From Lama guanicoe (taxonomy: Eukaryota), in NCBI GenBank assembly GCA_013239625.1, contig MU054212.1, positions 4,053,643 through 4,073,642 on the forward strand: a DNA stretch of 20,000 nucleotides, written 5' to 3'. Under the pieces are notes generated by a model that worked only from the letters and a program-made list of their open reading frames with translations, did no database searches and had not been told where the DNA came from. Of this stretch, positions 19,941 through 20,000 are shown piece after piece. The translations under genes and the position numbers were made by a program. Each line of letters opens with the position of its first letter. Position 1 is the first letter of the stretch.

Positions 19941-20000
19941 CAACAAGTCCTTGAGCTTTAAAAGTTTATAAAGCTGCTGGAAAAACACCGGCTGTTCCTC
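19941..20000 (-). other. 3' end of a probable first exon of a minus-strand transcript (coding status unknown)
   Basis: Consensus donor TTG|GTAAGT at 19941/19940 inside the CpG-rich region. One frame is open (EEQPVFFQQLYKLLKLKDLL), but I do not recognise the protein. Confidence 0.5.

Larger units (their letters stand above)
19380..20000. promoter_or_regulatory. CpG-rich promoter-proximal region (probable edge of a CpG island)
   Basis: Sharp rise in GC and CpG content relative to the rest of the window, with several GCGCA/TGCGCA motifs at 19428-19484. Confidence 0.7.

Overview
AT-rich mammalian genomic DNA, most likely camelid (it carries a Vic-1-type tRNA-derived SINE and a young, lineage-type L1). 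There is no intact protein-coding gene. The only long ORFs (16867-17763, 17979-18356) are pieces of a 5'-truncated L1 ORF2. Other repeats: an old L1M, MIRs, L2 fragments, a MER104-like MITE and a probable ERVL-type LTR. The right end is a CpG-rich promoter-like region with a full CRE and a minus-strand splice donor, suggesting the window lies in an intron of a minus-strand transcript. The main observation is on the + strand between about 12 and 11895: a chain of decayed, splice-site-flanked exons. Translated by hand through stops and frameshifts, they read in order as LRR, LRRCT, Ig-like, WSC-like, PKD-like and several ricin-B (beta-trefoil) lectin repeats. This looks like an unprocessed, possibly unitary, pseudogene of an extracellular protein with an architecture I cannot match to a known mammalian gene. 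All domain calls are by-eye motif recognition and need HMM or BLAST confirmation.
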